Notes: generated from the letters alone by a model not told the origin. Numbered from the stretch's first letter, positions 34,264 through 45,925 are shown. The stretch is DNA of 64,000 bases from an uncultured Chloroflexia bacterium (GCA_963842455.1 CAWJHE010000006.1:357624-421623); one strand, 5' to 3'. Numbers and translations: made by a program.

Positions 34264-36342
34264 ATGATGGCTCGTATTCACCCGCTTGAAAGCTACCGCA
34301 ATATTGGAATTATCGCGCATATTGACGCGGGTAAGACCACTACAACGGAACGGATTCTTTTCTACACAGGGAAAACGCACCGAATTGGTTCCGTGGATGA
34401 TGGCACTACTGTAACTGACTGGATGGAACAAGAGCGCGAGCGTGGTATTACCATTGTATCGGCAGCAGTCTCAGCAGAATGGAAGGGATACCAGGTTAAC
34501 ATTATTGATACACCTGGGCATATCGACTTCACGGCTGAGGTGCAACGTTCTTTGCGTGTACTGGATGGCGGTGTGGTTGTGTTTGATGCTGTGCAAGGTG
34601 TTGAACCACAGAGCGAAACAGTTTGGCGGCAGGCAGATCGCTATGGTGTGCCTCGTATTTGTTTTGTGAACAAGATGGATAGGACGGGCGCGTCTTATGA
34701 GCGCACGATTGATTCTATCCGCACCAGACTGGGCGCAAAATCGATACCTGTGCAGATGCCTATTGGAGCCGAATCGACTTTCCAGGGTGTGATTGATCTG
34801 TTTGAGATGCGCGCTTACATTTGGAATGATGAATTAGGCCAAATGCCGGAAGCGGAAGATATCCCTGCGGATTTACTCCCAAAAGCTGAAGAAATGCGCA
34901 CTCAGATGATTGAACAGATCTCGGAAACTGATGATGGTCTGATGTTGAAATACCTTGAAGGGGAAGAAGCGAGCGTTGAAGAGTTGAAAGCTGGCTTGCG
35001 CAAGGCTGTTCTGGCAGGTCTGGCTACCCCTGTTTTTTGCGGCAGCTCGTTGCGCAACAAGGGTGTTCAACCGGTCTTGGATGCTGTGATTGATTTTCTC
35101 CCTTCTCCAATGGATATTCCTGCAGTGACTGGCTTGCATCCCAAGACAGATGAAGAACAGATGCGCGAGGCGCGTGATGATGAGCCCTTAAGCGCGTTGG
35201 TATTCAAAATTGTCACGGATCCTTACGTGGGGCGCCTGGCTTATGTACGTGTTTATTCGGGCAAGCTTACCCAGAGCGGAATGGTCTACAACACTTCTAA
35301 AGACCGCCGCGAAAGGGTTGGGCGTCTTTTGCGTATGTATGCTGATCGGCGTGAAGATATTGATGAAGTTTATGCTGGTGACATCTGCGCAATCCTGGGG
35401 ATGAAGAATACAATCACGGGCGATACCTTAAGCGATCCCAACAACCCGGTTGTTTTGGAAACAATCTCGTTCCCAGCTCCGGTAATTTCTGTGGCAATTG
35501 AGCCCAAAACTACTGTCGATCAAGACAAGATGGGCGAAGCGCTGCGTAAACTTTCTGAAGAAGATCCAACCTTCACAGTTCGATCGGATGAAGAAACTGG
35601 GCAGACCATTATTTCTGGTATGGGCGAGTTACATCTGGATATCTTGGTAGACCGTATGCTGCGCGAGTTCAAAGTTCAGGCTCGGGTGGGCAGACCTCAA
35701 GTTGCTTATCGCGAATCGATTACCAGGCCAGTAGCAAAAGTCGATTATCGTTATGTCAAACAATCTGGTGGACGTGGACAATATGGCCACGTTGTGTTGG
35801 AACTGACCCCAGGCGAAGCTGGAAGTGGTATCATTTTTGAAAATAATATTGTCGGTGGGGTTATTCCGAAAGAGTATATTCCGGCTATTGAAAAAGGTGT
35901 ACGTGAAGCTGCAGAAGGTGGTATCACTGCTGGATATCCCGCAACGGATATCAAGGTGCGCCTTTACGATGGTTCGTTCCATGAAGTAGATTCGAATGAG
36001 ATGGCCTTTAAGATGGCAGGCTCTTTAGCTTTCAAAGAAGGCGCTCTAAAAGCCGGCCCAATATTACAAGAACCCATTATGCGAGTAGAAGTTCTTGTAC
36101 CAGAAGACTATTTGGGCGAAATAATTGGACAGATCAATGCCCGGCGTGGAGAAATCCAGGGCATGGAAATTCGTCCCGGAAATGCGCAAGCGGTCAAATC
36201 GATGGTGCCTCTGGCAGAAATGTTCGGTTATGCTACAGATTTGCGTTCGGCTACTCAAGGTCGCGGGGTTTTTAGCATGGAATTTGACCATTACGCTCGT
36301 GTTTCTGAGAGCGTCGCCCGGTCGATTGTGGGCGGCAATTAG
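34264..36342 (+). CDS. fusA: elongation factor G
   Basis: 692 aa. [21 protein letters not shown]. Confidence 0.95.
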   Translation: MMARIHPLESYRNIGIIAHIDAGKTTTTERILFYTGKTHRIGSVDDGTTVTDWMEQERERGITIVSAAVSAEWKGYQVNIIDTPGHIDFTAEVQRSLRVLDGGVVVFDAVQGVEPQSETVWRQADRYGVPRICFVNKMDRTGASYERTIDSIRTRLGAKSIPVQMPIGAESTFQGVIDLFEMRAYIWNDELGQMPEAEDIPADLLPKAEEMRTQMIEQISETDDGLMLKYLEGEEASVEELKAGLRKAVLAGLATPVFCGSSLRNKGVQPVLDAVIDFLPSPMDIPAVTGLHPKTDEEQMREARDDEPLSALVFKIVTDPYVGRLAYVRVYSGKLTQSGMVYNTSKDRRERVGRLLRMYADRREDIDEVYAGDICAILGMKNTITGDTLSDPNNPVVLETISFPAPVISVAIEPKTTVDQDKMGEALRKLSEEDPTFTVRSDEETGQTIISGMGELHLDILVDRMLREFKVQARVGRPQVAYRESITRPVAKVDYRYVKQSGGRGQYGHVVLELTPGEAGSGIIFENNIVGGVIPKEYIPAIEKGVREAAEGGITAGYPATDIKVRLYDGSFHEVDSNEMAFKMAGSLAFKEGALKAGPILQEPIMRVEVLVPEDYLGEIIGQINARRGEIQGMEIRPGNAQAVKSMVPLAEMFGYATDLRSATQGRGVFSMEFDHYARVSESVARSIVGGN

Positions 36343-36428
36343 CTGCTAGGTAAGTGCGGCTAAATTGCAAAAAAATATTAAAACTATAATTATTTGTTTT
36401 TATGTTGTAGGAAAAGGAGAAAGCGTGC

Positions 36429-37631
36429 ATGGCAAAGCAAAAATTTGACCGCAATAAGCCACATATGAATGTAGGGACCATGGGGCATATTGACCATGGG
36501 AAAACGACCTTAACGGCAGCGATCACCAAATACGCCAACATGATGGGATTTGGAGAATATCGCGCCTTTGACTCGATCGACAATGCGCCGGAAGAAAAAG
36601 CGCGCGGCATCACGATCAACATTGCACACGTAGAATACCAGACCGAGAAGCGGCACTATGCGCACGTAGACATGCCGGGACACCGAGACTATATTAAGAA
36701 CATGATCACCGGTGCGGCGCAGGTAGACGGCGCGATCCTGGTAGTGGCAGCGCCGGATGGGCCGATGCCGCAGACCCGAGAGCACGTCTTGCTGGCACGC
36801 CAGGTAGAAGTACCGGCGATCGTGGTGTACTTGAACAAAGTCGACATGATGGACGATCCGGAGCTACTGGAGCTGGTTGAGCTGGAGCTGCGAGAGTTAT
36901 TGAGTGAGTATGGCTTCCCGGGAGACACGACCCCGATCGTACGCGGCAGCGCCTTACACGCCCTGGAGAGCACGAGCAAAGACTTGAATGCACCGGAATA
37001 CGAGAGCATCAAGGAGTTGCTGCGGGTAGTAGATGAGTACATTCCGGAACCGGTACGCGATGTGGACAAACCGTTCATGATGCCGGTGGAAGATGTATTC
37101 TCGATCAAGGGTCGCGGCACGGTTGTGACCGGACGTGTGGATCGTGGACGCATCAAAGTCAGTGAGCAGGTGGAGATCGTAGGGCTGCGCGAGAAGAGCA
37201 TGAGCTCTGTGGTAACGGGAGTGGAAATGTTCCACAAGTCCTTGGATGAGGGCATGGCTGGGGATAACTGCGGATTACTGCTGCGCGGTATTGAGCGCAC
37301 GGATGTGGAACGCGGCATGGTGGTAGCCAAGCCGAAGAGCATCACACCGCACACCAAGTTCATGAGCGAAGTGTACGTGCTGAGGAAGGACGAAGGCGGG
37401 CGGCATAAAGCTTTCTTTACCGGATACCGGCCGCAATTCTATATTCGAACGATGGATGTAACCGGGAACATCAAGTTGCCGGATGGTGTAGAAATGGTAA
37501 TGCCTGGTGATAGCGTCAACCTGGAAGTGGAATTGATCGTACCGGTGGCGTTGGAGCAGGGCTCAAAGTTTGCTATTCGCGAAGGTGGTCTGACTGTAGG
37601 CGCCGGCGTGATCACAAAGATAATTGAGTAG
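36429..37631 (+). CDS. tuf: elongation factor Tu
   Basis: 400 aa. [21 protein letters not shown]. Confidence 0.95.
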   Translation: MAKQKFDRNKPHMNVGTMGHIDHGKTTLTAAITKYANMMGFGEYRAFDSIDNAPEEKARGITINIAHVEYQTEKRHYAHVDMPGHRDYIKNMITGAAQVDGAILVVAAPDGPMPQTREHVLLARQVEVPAIVVYLNKVDMMDDPELLELVELELRELLSEYGFPGDTTPIVRGSALHALESTSKDLNAPEYESIKELLRVVDEYIPEPVRDVDKPFMMPVEDVFSIKGRGTVVTGRVDRGRIKVSEQVEIVGLREKSMSSVVTGVEMFHKSLDEGMAGDNCGLLLRGIERTDVERGMVVAKPKSITPHTKFMSEVYVLRKDEGGRHKAFFTGYRPQFYIRTMDVTGNIKLPDGVEMVMPGDSVNLEVELIVPVALEQGSKFAIREGGLTVGAGVITKIIE

Positions 37632-37639
37632 GTGAATTT

Positions 37640-37952
37640 ATGATGGCCAAGCAAAAAATCCGCATCCGTCTTAAGGCGTATGATCATCGAGTTCTGGACC
37701 AATCTGCAAAACGTATTGTTGAGACTGCTGAAAGAACTGGTGCTCGAGTAGTTGGTCCTGTACCCTTGCCAACTCGCATAGAAAGGTTTACAATACGCCG
37801 CTCGACATTCATCGATAAAGACTTCTCACGAGCATTTTGAGGTCAGAACGCACAACCGGTTGATCGATGTTCTCGATCCTGATTCAAAAACGATAGATAT
37901 GTTGATGAGGTTAAATTTACCTGCCGGTGTAGATATTGAAATAAAGATTTAA
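37640..37952 (+). CDS. rpsJ: 30S ribosomal protein S10, reading frame broken by one extra base near 37823
   Basis: ORF 37640-37840 stops at ..IDKDFSRAF*. The +1 frame continues [42 protein letters not shown] (stop 37950-37952). Confidence 0.85.
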
Positions 37953-37958
37953 TTACGT

Positions 37959-38102
37959 CTCTGGAGTACCGGTTTCTTATTTATGATCTTTGGGTCAAAG
38001 GCGAGAACCGGAAAGCCAGAGTCGTCAAACGGGCAGAGTAAGAACTGCTGAGTCCGCGAACCAAAAATAATAGCTTCGCGACAGGTAGGTTTACTGCTCT
38101 GC
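37959..38102 (+). other. Two extended stem-loops in the unusually long rpsJ-rplC spacer (candidate leader or ncRNA)
   Basis: Hairpin 1: ctctgg (37959-64) pairs with ccagag (38016-21), and ccggtttct (37969-77) pairs with agaaccgg (38004-11). Hairpin 2: gcagagtaa (38033-41) pairs with ttact..ctgc (38091-102), and cgcgaa (38055-60) pairs with ttcgcg (38075-80). Confidence 0.35.
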
Positions 38103-38174
38103 TTTAGGGATGATGCAGCCAAGCCCAGGCTGACAGTCCTGACAGGAAAAATTTTATTTTAGGAGACAATGGAG

Positions 38175-38786
38175 ATGTTGAAAGGGCTGATTGGCAAGAA
38201 AGTCGGCATGACCCAGATTTTCGACGATACCGGTATTGCTGTTCCGGTTACTCTCATCGAAGCTGGGCCTTGCTATGTAACCCAGGTGCGCAATATGGAT
38301 AGCGATGGCTATTCTGCAGTGCAAATGGGCTTTGAAGAGGTCAAGCCAAAGCGTATTTCAGGTGGGGAATTAGGGCACCTTAAGCGCAACAATTTACCTC
38401 CGTTGCGCTTTTTGCGCGAGTTTCGGGAGAAAAACCCGGAAGTGCAAGAAGGCGCTAAGTTGACCGTTGACGTATTCACAGTTGGAGAATACGTGGATGT
38501 TATTGGTACCAGTAAGGGAAAGGGTTTCCAAGGCGGTGTGAAGCGTTACCACTTCCGCGGAGGACCTAAGACCCATGGTCAATCTGACCGACAAAGGGCC
38601 CCTGGTTCACGTGGCTCGGGTACTACACCAGGTCGAGTTTATAAAGGCGCTCGTGGTCCTGGTCATATGGGCGATGATCGGGTGACAGTTCAGAACCAGA
38701 AAGTTGTCCTGGTTGATGCTGAGCGAAACTTGATAGGCGTTCGCGGTGCAGTGCCTGGTGCCAAAGGCGGCCTGGTGCTTGATTAA
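38175..38786 (+). CDS. rplC: 50S ribosomal protein L3
   Basis: [19 protein letters not shown] 38175 lies 8 nt after aggaga. The ORF track starts at 38169. Confidence 0.9.
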   Translation: MLKGLIGKKVGMTQIFDDTGIAVPVTLIEAGPCYVTQVRNMDSDGYSAVQMGFEEVKPKRISGGELGHLKRNNLPPLRFLREFREKNPEVQEGAKLTVDVFTVGEYVDVIGTSKGKGFQGGVKRYHFRGGPKTHGQSDRQRAPGSRGSGTTPGRVYKGARGPGHMGDDRVTVQNQKVVLVDAERNLIGVRGAVPGAKGGLVLD

Positions 38787-38834
38787 GGGAGCGCGCAAGC
38801 AATAGGGCGCTATCCGAGAAGGAGTTGAGTGATC

Positions 38835-39464
38835 ATGGAAGTAGATGTCTTCAACATGGAAGGTAAGAAGGTCAGCACGGTAGATTTACCAGCTGCGATC
38901 TTCGAAGCCCCTGTCAATGTAGATTTGATGCACCAGGCTTATGTCCGTCAAATGGCTAATGCTCGCCTGGGCACGCATAGTACCAAAACCCGCAGCGAAG
39001 TATCCGGCGGCGGCAGAAAACCCTGGAAGCAGAAGGGTACAGGACGAGCCCGACAAGGCTCTATACGTTCTGCCCAATGGGTTGGTGGCGGAAAGATCCA
39101 TACGCCAAAGCCGCGCGATTATACACAAAGCATGCCTCGAAAAATGCGCCGGGCAGCACTGCGGTCAGCCCTTTCTGTGAAAGCGGCTGAGCAGGGAATT
39201 GTGATTTTGGACGTACTGGCTTTACCTGAAGTTAAAACCCGTCTGATGGCCCAGGCTTTGGACCGTCTGGTGGGGGATGCCAGCGCTTTGATCGTAATCC
39301 CTGAGAAGAGCGGCGAGTATGATAAGGTCGTTCTTTCGACCAATAACTTGCCGGATGCCAAAACAATTATGGCGAATTACCTGAACGTACGTGACTTGTT
39401 GGGTTATGACCGTCTGGTACTTCCTTTGCCGGTTTTGGATGTTTTGGTCTCATTTTTAGGATAG
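38835..39464 (+). CDS. rplD: 50S ribosomal protein L4
   Basis: ATG 38835 lies 10 nt after aaggag. Typical L4 sequence (GGGRKPWKQKGTGRAR). Confidence 0.9.
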   Translation: MEVDVFNMEGKKVSTVDLPAAIFEAPVNVDLMHQAYVRQMANARLGTHSTKTRSEVSGGGRKPWKQKGTGRARQGSIRSAQWVGGGKIHTPKPRDYTQSMPRKMRRAALRSALSVKAAEQGIVILDVLALPEVKTRLMAQALDRLVGDASALIVIPEKSGEYDKVVLSTNNLPDAKTIMANYLNVRDLLGYDRLVLPLPVLDVLVSFLG

Positions 39465-39476
39465 GTGGAGGAAGCA

Positions 39477-39779
39477 ATGACTACGATTTATGATGTGCTT
39501 CGCCGCCCGCTGATTACAGAGAAATCGAACTATCTGAATGGCGCTTTACACCAGTATGTTTTTGAGGTGTCAGCAGATGCCAACAAGAGAATGATACAGG
39601 AAGCTATTGAGACTTTGTTCGAGGTGAAAGTTTTGCGGGTGAATGTGATCAATATGCCAACTAAGCGTAAGCGGAATATGCGCAGCCGACGAATGGTGCC
39701 ACGCCGCTCAGCTTACAAAAAAGCCATTGTCACATTGGCTCCGGACGATACGATCGCTGTGTTTGAAGGAGTGAAATAA
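39477..39779 (+). CDS. rplW: 50S ribosomal protein L23
   Basis: [20 protein letters not shown] follows ggagga. Confidence 0.9.
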   Translation: MTTIYDVLRRPLITEKSNYLNGALHQYVFEVSADANKRMIQEAIETLFEVKVLRVNVINMPTKRKRNMRSRRMVPRRSAYKKAIVTLAPDDTIAVFEGVK

Positions 39780-40616
39780 TGGGTGTAAAAAAGTATAAAC
39801 CTACAACTCCCGGTACCCGGGGGATGACTGGTTACACATTTGAAGAAATTACAAAGACCACCCCAGAGAAATCTTTGTTGGTGCCGCGTAAAAAGCATGG
39901 TGGACGCAATATGTACGGGCGTGTTACCGTTCGGCATCGTGGAGGCGGTCATCGCCGCCAAATTCGTATCGTGGATTTCAAACGCGATAAGCGTGAAATT
40001 CAAGCTCGAGTGGCTGCAATAGAATACGACCCGAACCGCACTGCCCGATTGGCTTTATTGTTCTATGCAGATGGTGAAAAGCGCTATATCGTGGCGCCAT
40101 TGGATTTACGCGTCGGTGATACGATTGTGGCTGGTCCTCAGGCTGAAATTCATCCTGGGAACAGTATGCCAATTTCAAATATTCCGATTGGAACCATGGT
40201 TCACAATATTGAGCTCAAAGAAGGCCGTGGTGGTCAATTAGTAAGAGCAGCAGGCAGCTCAGCCCAATTACTGGCTAAAGAAGGCGATTATGCTCAAATT
40301 CGTCTTCCATCAGGTGAAGTGCGTTTGGTGCGCCAGACAGTGCTATGCTACCATCGGCCAGGTTGGCAACGTGGATCACAGCAATATCAAGCTAGGCAAA
40401 GCTGGACGAAAACGCCATTTGGGTATTCGACCAGCGGTGCGTGGTACAGCTATGTCTCCTCGCGACCATCCACATGGTGGTGGTGAAGGACGTCAGCCCA
40501 TTGGTATGCCAGGTCCAAAGAGCCCATGGGGTAAACCTACCCTGGGTTACAAGACACGCCGCAACAAACGGACTGATCAGTATATTGTTCGTCGTCGTGG
40601 GAAGAAGCGGCGGTAA
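39779..40616 (+). CDS. rplB: 50S ribosomal protein L2, reading frame broken by one extra base near 40332-40340
   Basis: ORF 39779-40486 leaves the L2 sequence after ..[11 protein letters not shown] 40290-40616 carries [50 protein letters not shown]. Confidence 0.85.
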
Positions 40617-40706
40617 GATTAGCTAACGAACGCAAATCTACCATCGGGTTTTAATGTAAGCTTGATAGAGATTTGTAGTGGATGCGAATTTGTTGGAGAA
40701 AAGACA

Positions 40707-40982
40707 ATGGGACGATCGTTAAAAAAAGGGCCATTTATCGACAAGAAATTGCTCACGAAAATTGAAGCCATGAATGAACGTGGCGACAAGAAGGTTATTC
40801 GCTCGTGGAGCCGCGCCAGCACGATATACCCCCAAATGGTGGGGCATACCATAGCGGTTCACGATGGTCGCAGGCATGTACCGATTTATATTACAGAGAA
40901 TATGGTCGGGCATCGTTTGGGTGAGTTTGCTCCCACTCGAACCTTCCGCGGCCACGTGGCGGAAAAGAAGGCGAGGAGATAG
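40707..40982 (+). CDS. rpsS: 30S ribosomal protein S19
   Basis: [15 protein letters not shown]. Confidence 0.9.
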   Translation: MGRSLKKGPFIDKKLLTKIEAMNERGDKKVIRSWSRASTIYPQMVGHTIAVHDGRRHVPIYITENMVGHRLGEFAPTRTFRGHVAEKKARR

Positions 40983-40988
40983 AAAGCC

Positions 40989-41333
40989 ATGGCAACTGAT
41001 ATTTTTGCACAGGCTCGCTTCATCCCTGTTTCAGCCCAGAAAGCGCGTTTGGTCGCAGATTTGGTGCGCGGCAAGGATGTTGTAGAAGCGCTAAATATGT
41101 TGAAATTCACACCAAATGGCGCTGCTCGACCAATCTCGAAGGTTGTAGCTTCCGCTATGTCCAACGGGGAAGAGAACTTTGGTGTAAGCCGGGATGACTT
41201 GTTCGTTTACCGAATCACAGCGGATGAGGCTCCTACCCGGAAATGGCGCAGGTTTGGCGCTCGTGGGCGGTTTAAACCCTGGTTTCGTCGCTCCTCGCAC
41301 ATAACTGTAATTCTGCGTGAGCGTGAAGGCTAG
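40989..41333 (+). CDS. rplV: 50S ribosomal protein L22
   Basis: 114-aa ORF, L22-like, with conserved operon position. Confidence 0.9.
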   Translation: MATDIFAQARFIPVSAQKARLVADLVRGKDVVEALNMLKFTPNGAARPISKVVASAMSNGEENFGVSRDDLFVYRITADEAPTRKWRRFGARGRFKPWFRRSSHITVILREREG

Positions 41334-41345
41334 TAAGGAGATAAT

Positions 41346-42023
41346 ATGGGTCGAAAAGTTCATCCAATCGGTTTTCGATTGAAGGTTAATAAGACCTGGG
41401 AAGGTCGTTGGTTTGCCGAAGGCGAAGACTATGTAAATAATTTACATCAGGACTTCAAGCTGCGCGATCTGGTGCGGTCTGAATCCCCGCGTGCTGGCGT
41501 GTCGCGAATCGAAATAGAGCGCTTCCCCGGTAAAGTGAAGGTTATAGTTCACACCGCCAAACCCGGTATCTTGATTGGTCGCAAAGGCGAAAATGTCAAG
41601 AAAATACGCCAAAGCCTGGAAGCAGAGGTCGGAAAGAAAATTGATCTAGAGATCAAAGAGATCAAAGCTCCAGATTTGGATGCCTTCTTGGTAGCGCAGA
41701 ATATTGCAGAGCAGCTCGAACGGCGTATCAGTTACCAACGCGCAATGAAGCGTGCTATTCAACAGGCCATGCGCCAGGGCGGCGAGGGGATCCGTCTGGA
41801 AGTCTCTGGCCGTTTGAGTGGTGCTGAGATGGCTCGCTCGGTCAATATGCGTGAAGGGCGGGTACCGCGTCAGACACTGCGAGCTGATATAGATTTTTCT
41901 CAGTCAGAAGCTCTGACAACATACGGCCGAATTGGCGTAAAAGTATGGATTTATAAAGGTGAAGTATTGCCCGAAGTAGAAGAGAAAGTTGAATCTACTG
42001 AAGGTGTTTATGTGAGTGAATAA
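41346..42023 (+). CDS. rpsC: 30S ribosomal protein S3
   Basis: [14 protein letters not shown] domain. Confidence 0.95.
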   Translation: MGRKVHPIGFRLKVNKTWEGRWFAEGEDYVNNLHQDFKLRDLVRSESPRAGVSRIEIERFPGKVKVIVHTAKPGILIGRKGENVKKIRQSLEAEVGKKIDLEIKEIKAPDLDAFLVAQNIAEQLERRISYQRAMKRAIQQAMRQGGEGIRLEVSGRLSGAEMARSVNMREGRVPRQTLRADIDFSQSEALTTYGRIGVKVWIYKGEVLPEVEEKVESTEGVYVSE

Positions 42024-42101
42024 ATCCGAATTGTTGGAAATAGGCAGCTGGAACAACCCTGCGCCAGTTTCTAACAGTTCGAACAAAGAGAGGTTGCCAT
42101 T

Positions 42102-42530
42102 ATGTTAATGCCAAAGCGTGTCAAGTGGCGCAAGCAAATGCGTGGCCGTATGAAGGGTAAAGCCTATCGCGGTTCAGAAGTGGTCTTCGGAGATTATGGT
42201 TTGAAAGCTCTGGAGCCAGGTTGGGTGTCAGCACGACAAATAGAGTCGGCTCGCCGTGCCATTGTACGGGCAGCTCGCCGTCGTGGTAAATTCTGGATCC
42301 GTATTTTCCCGGACAAGCCGGTTACCAAGAAACCAGCCGAAACTCGTATGGGTAAAGGCAAAGGTAATGTTGAATTTTGGGTGGCAGTGGTAAAACCGGG
42401 CCGGATTATGTTCGAAATTGGCGGTGGCTTACCCGAAGATATGGCCAAAGAAGCGTTGCGCCTGGCTCAGTATAAATTATCGATCAAGACCAAGATTGTT
42501 GGTCGCCCTGATCAGGCAGGAGGCGAATGA
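42102..42530 (+). CDS. rplP: 50S ribosomal protein L16
   Basis: [15 protein letters not shown]. Confidence 0.95.
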   Translation: MLMPKRVKWRKQMRGRMKGKAYRGSEVVFGDYGLKALEPGWVSARQIESARRAIVRAARRRGKFWIRIFPDKPVTKKPAETRMGKGKGNVEFWVAVVKPGRIMFEIGGGLPEDMAKEALRLAQYKLSIKTKIVGRPDQAGGE

Positions 42531-42748
42531 TGTCTGAAAAGATTCAGAAACTTCGCGAATTATCACTGGAAGAATTGCATAAGCGCGTGAATGATCTCCG
42601 GGAAGAGCGCATGAATTTACGCTTTCAACAAGCTACCGGTGAATTAACAGATCATACACGACTGCGCCATACTCGTCGCCAGATTGCGCGACTGATTACC
42701 CTAATAGCGGAGAAAGAGCGTATGGCTCAGATGGAAGGTGAAGCATGA
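42527..42748 (+). CDS. rpmC: 50S ribosomal protein L29
   Basis: 73 aa. Operon position and sequence ([11 protein letters not shown]). Confidence 0.9.
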   Translation: MMSEKIQKLRELSLEELHKRVNDLREERMNLRFQQATGELTDHTRLRHTRRQIARLITLIAEKERMAQMEGEA

Positions 42749-43017
42749 ACAGTCGTCGTCGCTTGAATGGTGTTGTAACCAGTGACAAAATGGATAAGAC
42801 GGTCATCGTAGAAATTACACGAACATTCCGTCATCGATTATACAAAAAAGTAGTCCACAGCCGCCGTCGCTTAATGGCGCATGACGAATTGGGCTGCCAA
42901 ATAGGCGATCATGTGCAGATCGTTGAGAGCCGCCCGATTTCCCGCCATAAAGCGTGGGTGGTCGAAACCATTCTCCGTCGTGATGTTGCGGCGGGTGAAC
43001 CCGAGTTGGAGGCATAA
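42745..43017 (+). CDS. rpsQ: 30S ribosomal protein S17
   Basis: 90 aa. [14 protein letters not shown]. Confidence 0.9.
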   Translation: MNSRRRLNGVVTSDKMDKTVIVEITRTFRHRLYKKVVHSRRRLMAHDELGCQIGDHVQIVESRPISRHKAWVVETILRRDVAAGEPELEA

Positions 43018-43019
43018 CC

Positions 43020-43391
43020 ATGATCCAGCAAGAGTCACGGGTAAAGGTTGCCGATAACACAGGGGCGCGAGAGTTGCTGGTCATCCATGTGATGGGTGGC
43101 TCAACACGACGCTACGGACGTGTAGGTGATGTGGTTGTAGCTACGGTTAAATCGGCTGCTCCGCAAGGTGCAGTTAAGAAAAGTGATATTGTGCGAGCAG
43201 TAATCGTACGTTGCGCCAAAGAATGGCGCCGTGATGATGGCTCCACCATTCGCTTTGATGATAACGCAGTTGTAATCCTAGATACCGATGGGAAAAATCC
43301 CAAAGGCACCCGCATCTTTGGTCCGGTGGCTCGTGAGTTGCGCGAGAAAGGTTTCATGAAAATCGTTTCACTAGCTCCAGAGGTTCTCTAG
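43020..43391 (+). CDS. rplN: 50S ribosomal protein L14
   Basis: [16 protein letters not shown]. Confidence 0.95.
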   Translation: MIQQESRVKVADNTGARELLVIHVMGGSTRRYGRVGDVVVATVKSAAPQGAVKKSDIVRAVIVRCAKEWRRDDGSTIRFDDNAVVILDTDGKNPKGTRIFGPVARELREKGFMKIVSLAPEVL

Positions 43392-43428
43392 AGCAGGTGA
43401 TAAAGGTTAGTAAGCAGGAGCGAGAACC

Positions 43429-43758
43429 GTGAATGTAAAGATTCGCAAAGGTGATATTGTAGAAGTGATTAGCGGTCGGCTTGAGGATAAAGGCAAGCGC
43501 GGCGAGGTCATCCGTGTTTCGCCCGAGGATCGACGCGTGGTAATTCAAGGCGTCAACTTGCGCAAGAAACACCAACGCCAGGTCCAAAGCCAAGGCCGGA
43601 CGCTGTCTCCAGGAATTATTGAATTTGAAGCACCGGTGTCCATTTCAAACGTGATGCTTGTATGCCCGTCTTGTAGCCAACCCTCTCGGGTGGGTGTTGT
43701 TCGCAGCGAAAGCGGCGTACAACGGATGTGCAAAAAGTGTCAGGCCAGATTTGATTAA
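43429..43758 (+). CDS. rplX: 50S ribosomal protein L24 (with a C-terminal CxxC..CxxC ribbon)
   Basis: [16 protein letters not shown] motif, then CPSC..CKKC. Confidence 0.9.
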   Translation: MNVKIRKGDIVEVISGRLEDKGKRGEVIRVSPEDRRVVIQGVNLRKKHQRQVQSQGRTLSPGIIEFEAPVSISNVMLVCPSCSQPSRVGVVRSESGVQRMCKKCQARFD

Positions 43759-43780
43759 TAGGCCGGTTGGGAGTAAGGAT

Positions 43781-44329
43781 ATGAGCCAAGTGCTAAAAGA
43801 ACGTTATCAAAATGAAATCGTGCCGGCCCTCATGAAGTCACTCAATCTCAAGAATGTGATGGAGGCACCGAAGGTCACCAAAATCGTCGTCAATATTGGC
43901 TTAGGCGAGGCTATGGACAATGCAAAAGCCCTTGACGCAGCTGTTGGAGATCTTACACAAATCACTGGGCAGAAACCAGTGGTTACCAAGGCGCGAAAAA
44001 GTATCGCAGCTTTCAAATTGCGCGAGGGTCGCTCAATTGGAGCAAAGGTCACCCTACGTGGTGAGCGCATGTGGTCTTTCTTAGATCGCCTGATGAATGT
44101 TGCCCTACCACGCGTGCGAGATTTTCGTGGAATTTCCCCAGACGCCTTTGATGGACGTGGGAATTACACCTTAGGTCTGCGCGAACAGTTGGTCTTTCCT
44201 GAAATTGAGTATGACAAGATCGATAAGTTCCGCGGTCTTGAGATCACAATTGTGACTACGGCGCGAAATGATGATCATGGCAGGCAGTTGCTGCAAATGC
44301 TCGGCATGCCATTTACGAAGGAAGGGTAA
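43781..44329 (+). CDS. rplE: 50S ribosomal protein L5
   Basis: [22 protein letters not shown] follows gtaagga. Confidence 0.9.
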   Translation: MSQVLKERYQNEIVPALMKSLNLKNVMEAPKVTKIVVNIGLGEAMDNAKALDAAVGDLTQITGQKPVVTKARKSIAAFKLREGRSIGAKVTLRGERMWSFLDRLMNVALPRVRDFRGISPDAFDGRGNYTLGLREQLVFPEIEYDKIDKFRGLEITIVTTARNDDHGRQLLQMLGMPFTKEG

Positions 44330-44332
44330 CCA

Positions 44333-44515
44333 ATGGCTAAGAAATGCATGAATTACAGGGAAATGCGGCGTAAATACCCCACTCGAGTAAGGAATCGCTG
44401 CAAAGTCTGTGGGCGGCCGCGTGGATATATTCGACGCTTTGGATTGTGCCGGATTTGTTTTAGAGAGCTGGCATTAGAAGGCAAGATCCCCGGCGTCGCA
44501 AAATCTTCCTGGTAG
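44333..44515 (+). CDS. rpsN: 30S ribosomal protein S14, zinc-binding type Z
   Basis: 60 aa. [20 protein letters not shown]. Confidence 0.9.
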   Translation: MAKKCMNYREMRRKYPTRVRNRCKVCGRPRGYIRRFGLCRICFRELALEGKIPGVAKSSW

Positions 44516-44533
44516 CCGGGCGGAGGAATAGAT

Positions 44534-44951
44534 ATGAGTGCTGTTGTTGATCCGATTAGTGATATGTTGACCCGTGTTCGCAATGCTATTATGGCAGGTC
44601 ACAATGTCGTAGCTCTACCCAGTTCAAAAATCAAGGTTGAAATCGCCAGGATTTTGAAAGGACGAAGGCTACGTCAGTGGCTTTGAAGTTGTAGATGGAA
44701 AAGTTGTTGGATCGAAAGTTCTCCGAATTCGCTTGAAATATGTGGGCGAACGCCGAGAACGGCGTCCTGTGATTACCGGTCTTGAGCGAATAAGTCGCCC
44801 AGGTCGCCGGGTTTACACAGGTAAGCAAGAGATCCCTTGGGTGCTCTCGGGTATCGGTGTTGCAATTTTGTCGACACCTAAGGGCGTAATGACAGGGCAG
44901 CGCGCCCGCCAACTCGGCGTAGGCGGCGAAGTCTTGTGCAAGATTTGGTAA
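44534..44951 (+). CDS. rpsH: 30S ribosomal protein S8, reading frame broken by one extra base near 44657-44663
   Basis: Own translation from ATG 44534: [50 protein letters not shown]. The +1 frame gives [31 protein letters not shown]...LCKIW* (ORF 44733-44951). Confidence 0.85.
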
Positions 44952-45008
44952 CTGGAGATCACAAGCGGTTTCTGTTAGATTTCGCTTAATCTCAGGAGGT
45001 AAGGTAAA

Positions 45009-45551
45009 GTGTCAAGAATTGGTCGCTTGCCGGTGGTTGTGCCGAAAGGTGTAGATATTGAAATCAAAGGCTCGAATGTACGCGTGACAGGCCCTAAGGG
45101 TGAGTTACGCCGCACATTTCCGGCTGCTATGGACATAACCTTCAAGGATGATGTCATTGAAGTAAATCGTCCTTCTGATGCCAGTACACACCGCTCATTG
45201 CACGGGATGACCCGGGCTTTAATCAACAATATGGTGGTTGGTGTGAGCACCGGCTTTGAGAAAATATTGGAAGTAAATGGTGTAGGGTATCGCGCCGAAG
45301 TTGATGGGGTTAACCTGGTTTTGAATGTAGGCTATTCTCATCCAGTCGTGATGGAACCGCCCGAAGGTATCTCATTTGTAACGGATACCCGTACACGTCA
45401 GATTAAAGTAATGGGCTACGACAAAGAAATGGTTGGACAAGTTGCTGCCAATATTCGGAAAGTACGCCCACCCGAGCCATACAAGGGCAAAGGGATTAAG
45501 TATTTGAGTGAAAAGATCCGCCGTAAGGCTGGTAAGACTGGTAAGGTGTAA
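45009..45551 (+). CDS. rplF: 50S ribosomal protein L6
   Basis: [15 protein letters not shown]. Confidence 0.95.
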   Translation: MSRIGRLPVVVPKGVDIEIKGSNVRVTGPKGELRRTFPAAMDITFKDDVIEVNRPSDASTHRSLHGMTRALINNMVVGVSTGFEKILEVNGVGYRAEVDGVNLVLNVGYSHPVVMEPPEGISFVTDTRTRQIKVMGYDKEMVGQVAANIRKVRPPEPYKGKGIKYLSEKIRRKAGKTGKV

Positions 45552-45556
45552 GGCAT

Positions 45557-45925
45557 ATGGCAAAAAATAAATCACGTTCAGAAGCACGTATTCGAAGGCA
45601 TACCCGTGTCCGCAAATATATTTCTGGTTCACCAGAGCGGCCGCGATTAAATGTCTTTCGCAGTCTGGCAGAGATCTATGCTCAGGTAATCGATGACGAG
45701 GCTGGAAACACCCTGGTTTCGGCTTCCAGCGTTGATCAGGAATTACGCACCAAGATGGCCGGTCTCAAAAAGACTGAACAAGCTCGTCTGGTGGGGAAAG
45801 CTCTGGCCGAACGCGCAAAAGCGAAGGGTATCGGTAAAGTGGTATTTGACCGCGGTGGATACCGCTACACTGGTCGTGTAAAAGCCCTGGGTGATGCTGC
45901 CCGGGAAGGCGGCCTGGAATTCTAG
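45557..45925 (+). CDS. rplR: 50S ribosomal protein L18
   Basis: 122 aa. RLNVFRS..YAQVIDD. Confidence 0.9.
   Translation: MAKNKSRSEARIRRHTRVRKYISGSPERPRLNVFRSLAEIYAQVIDDEAGNTLVSASSVDQELRTKMAGLKKTEQARLVGKALAERAKAKGIGKVVFDRGGYRYTGRVKALGDAAREGGLEF

Noticed and set aside
36689-37363. 224-aa minus-strand ORF within tuf, and similar antisense ORFs in rpoB, fusA, the 26661-27872 gene and rny.
   Set aside because: These lie opposite highly conserved genes. They are Ser/Thr/Arg-rich with no start context.
37640-44951. Programmed +1/-1 ribosomal frameshifting in rpsJ, rplB and rpsH.
   Set aside because: There are no slippery heptamers or stimulatory structures at the sites. The same one-base insertion signature occurs in unrelated accessory genes on both strands, so a sequence error is the economical explanation.
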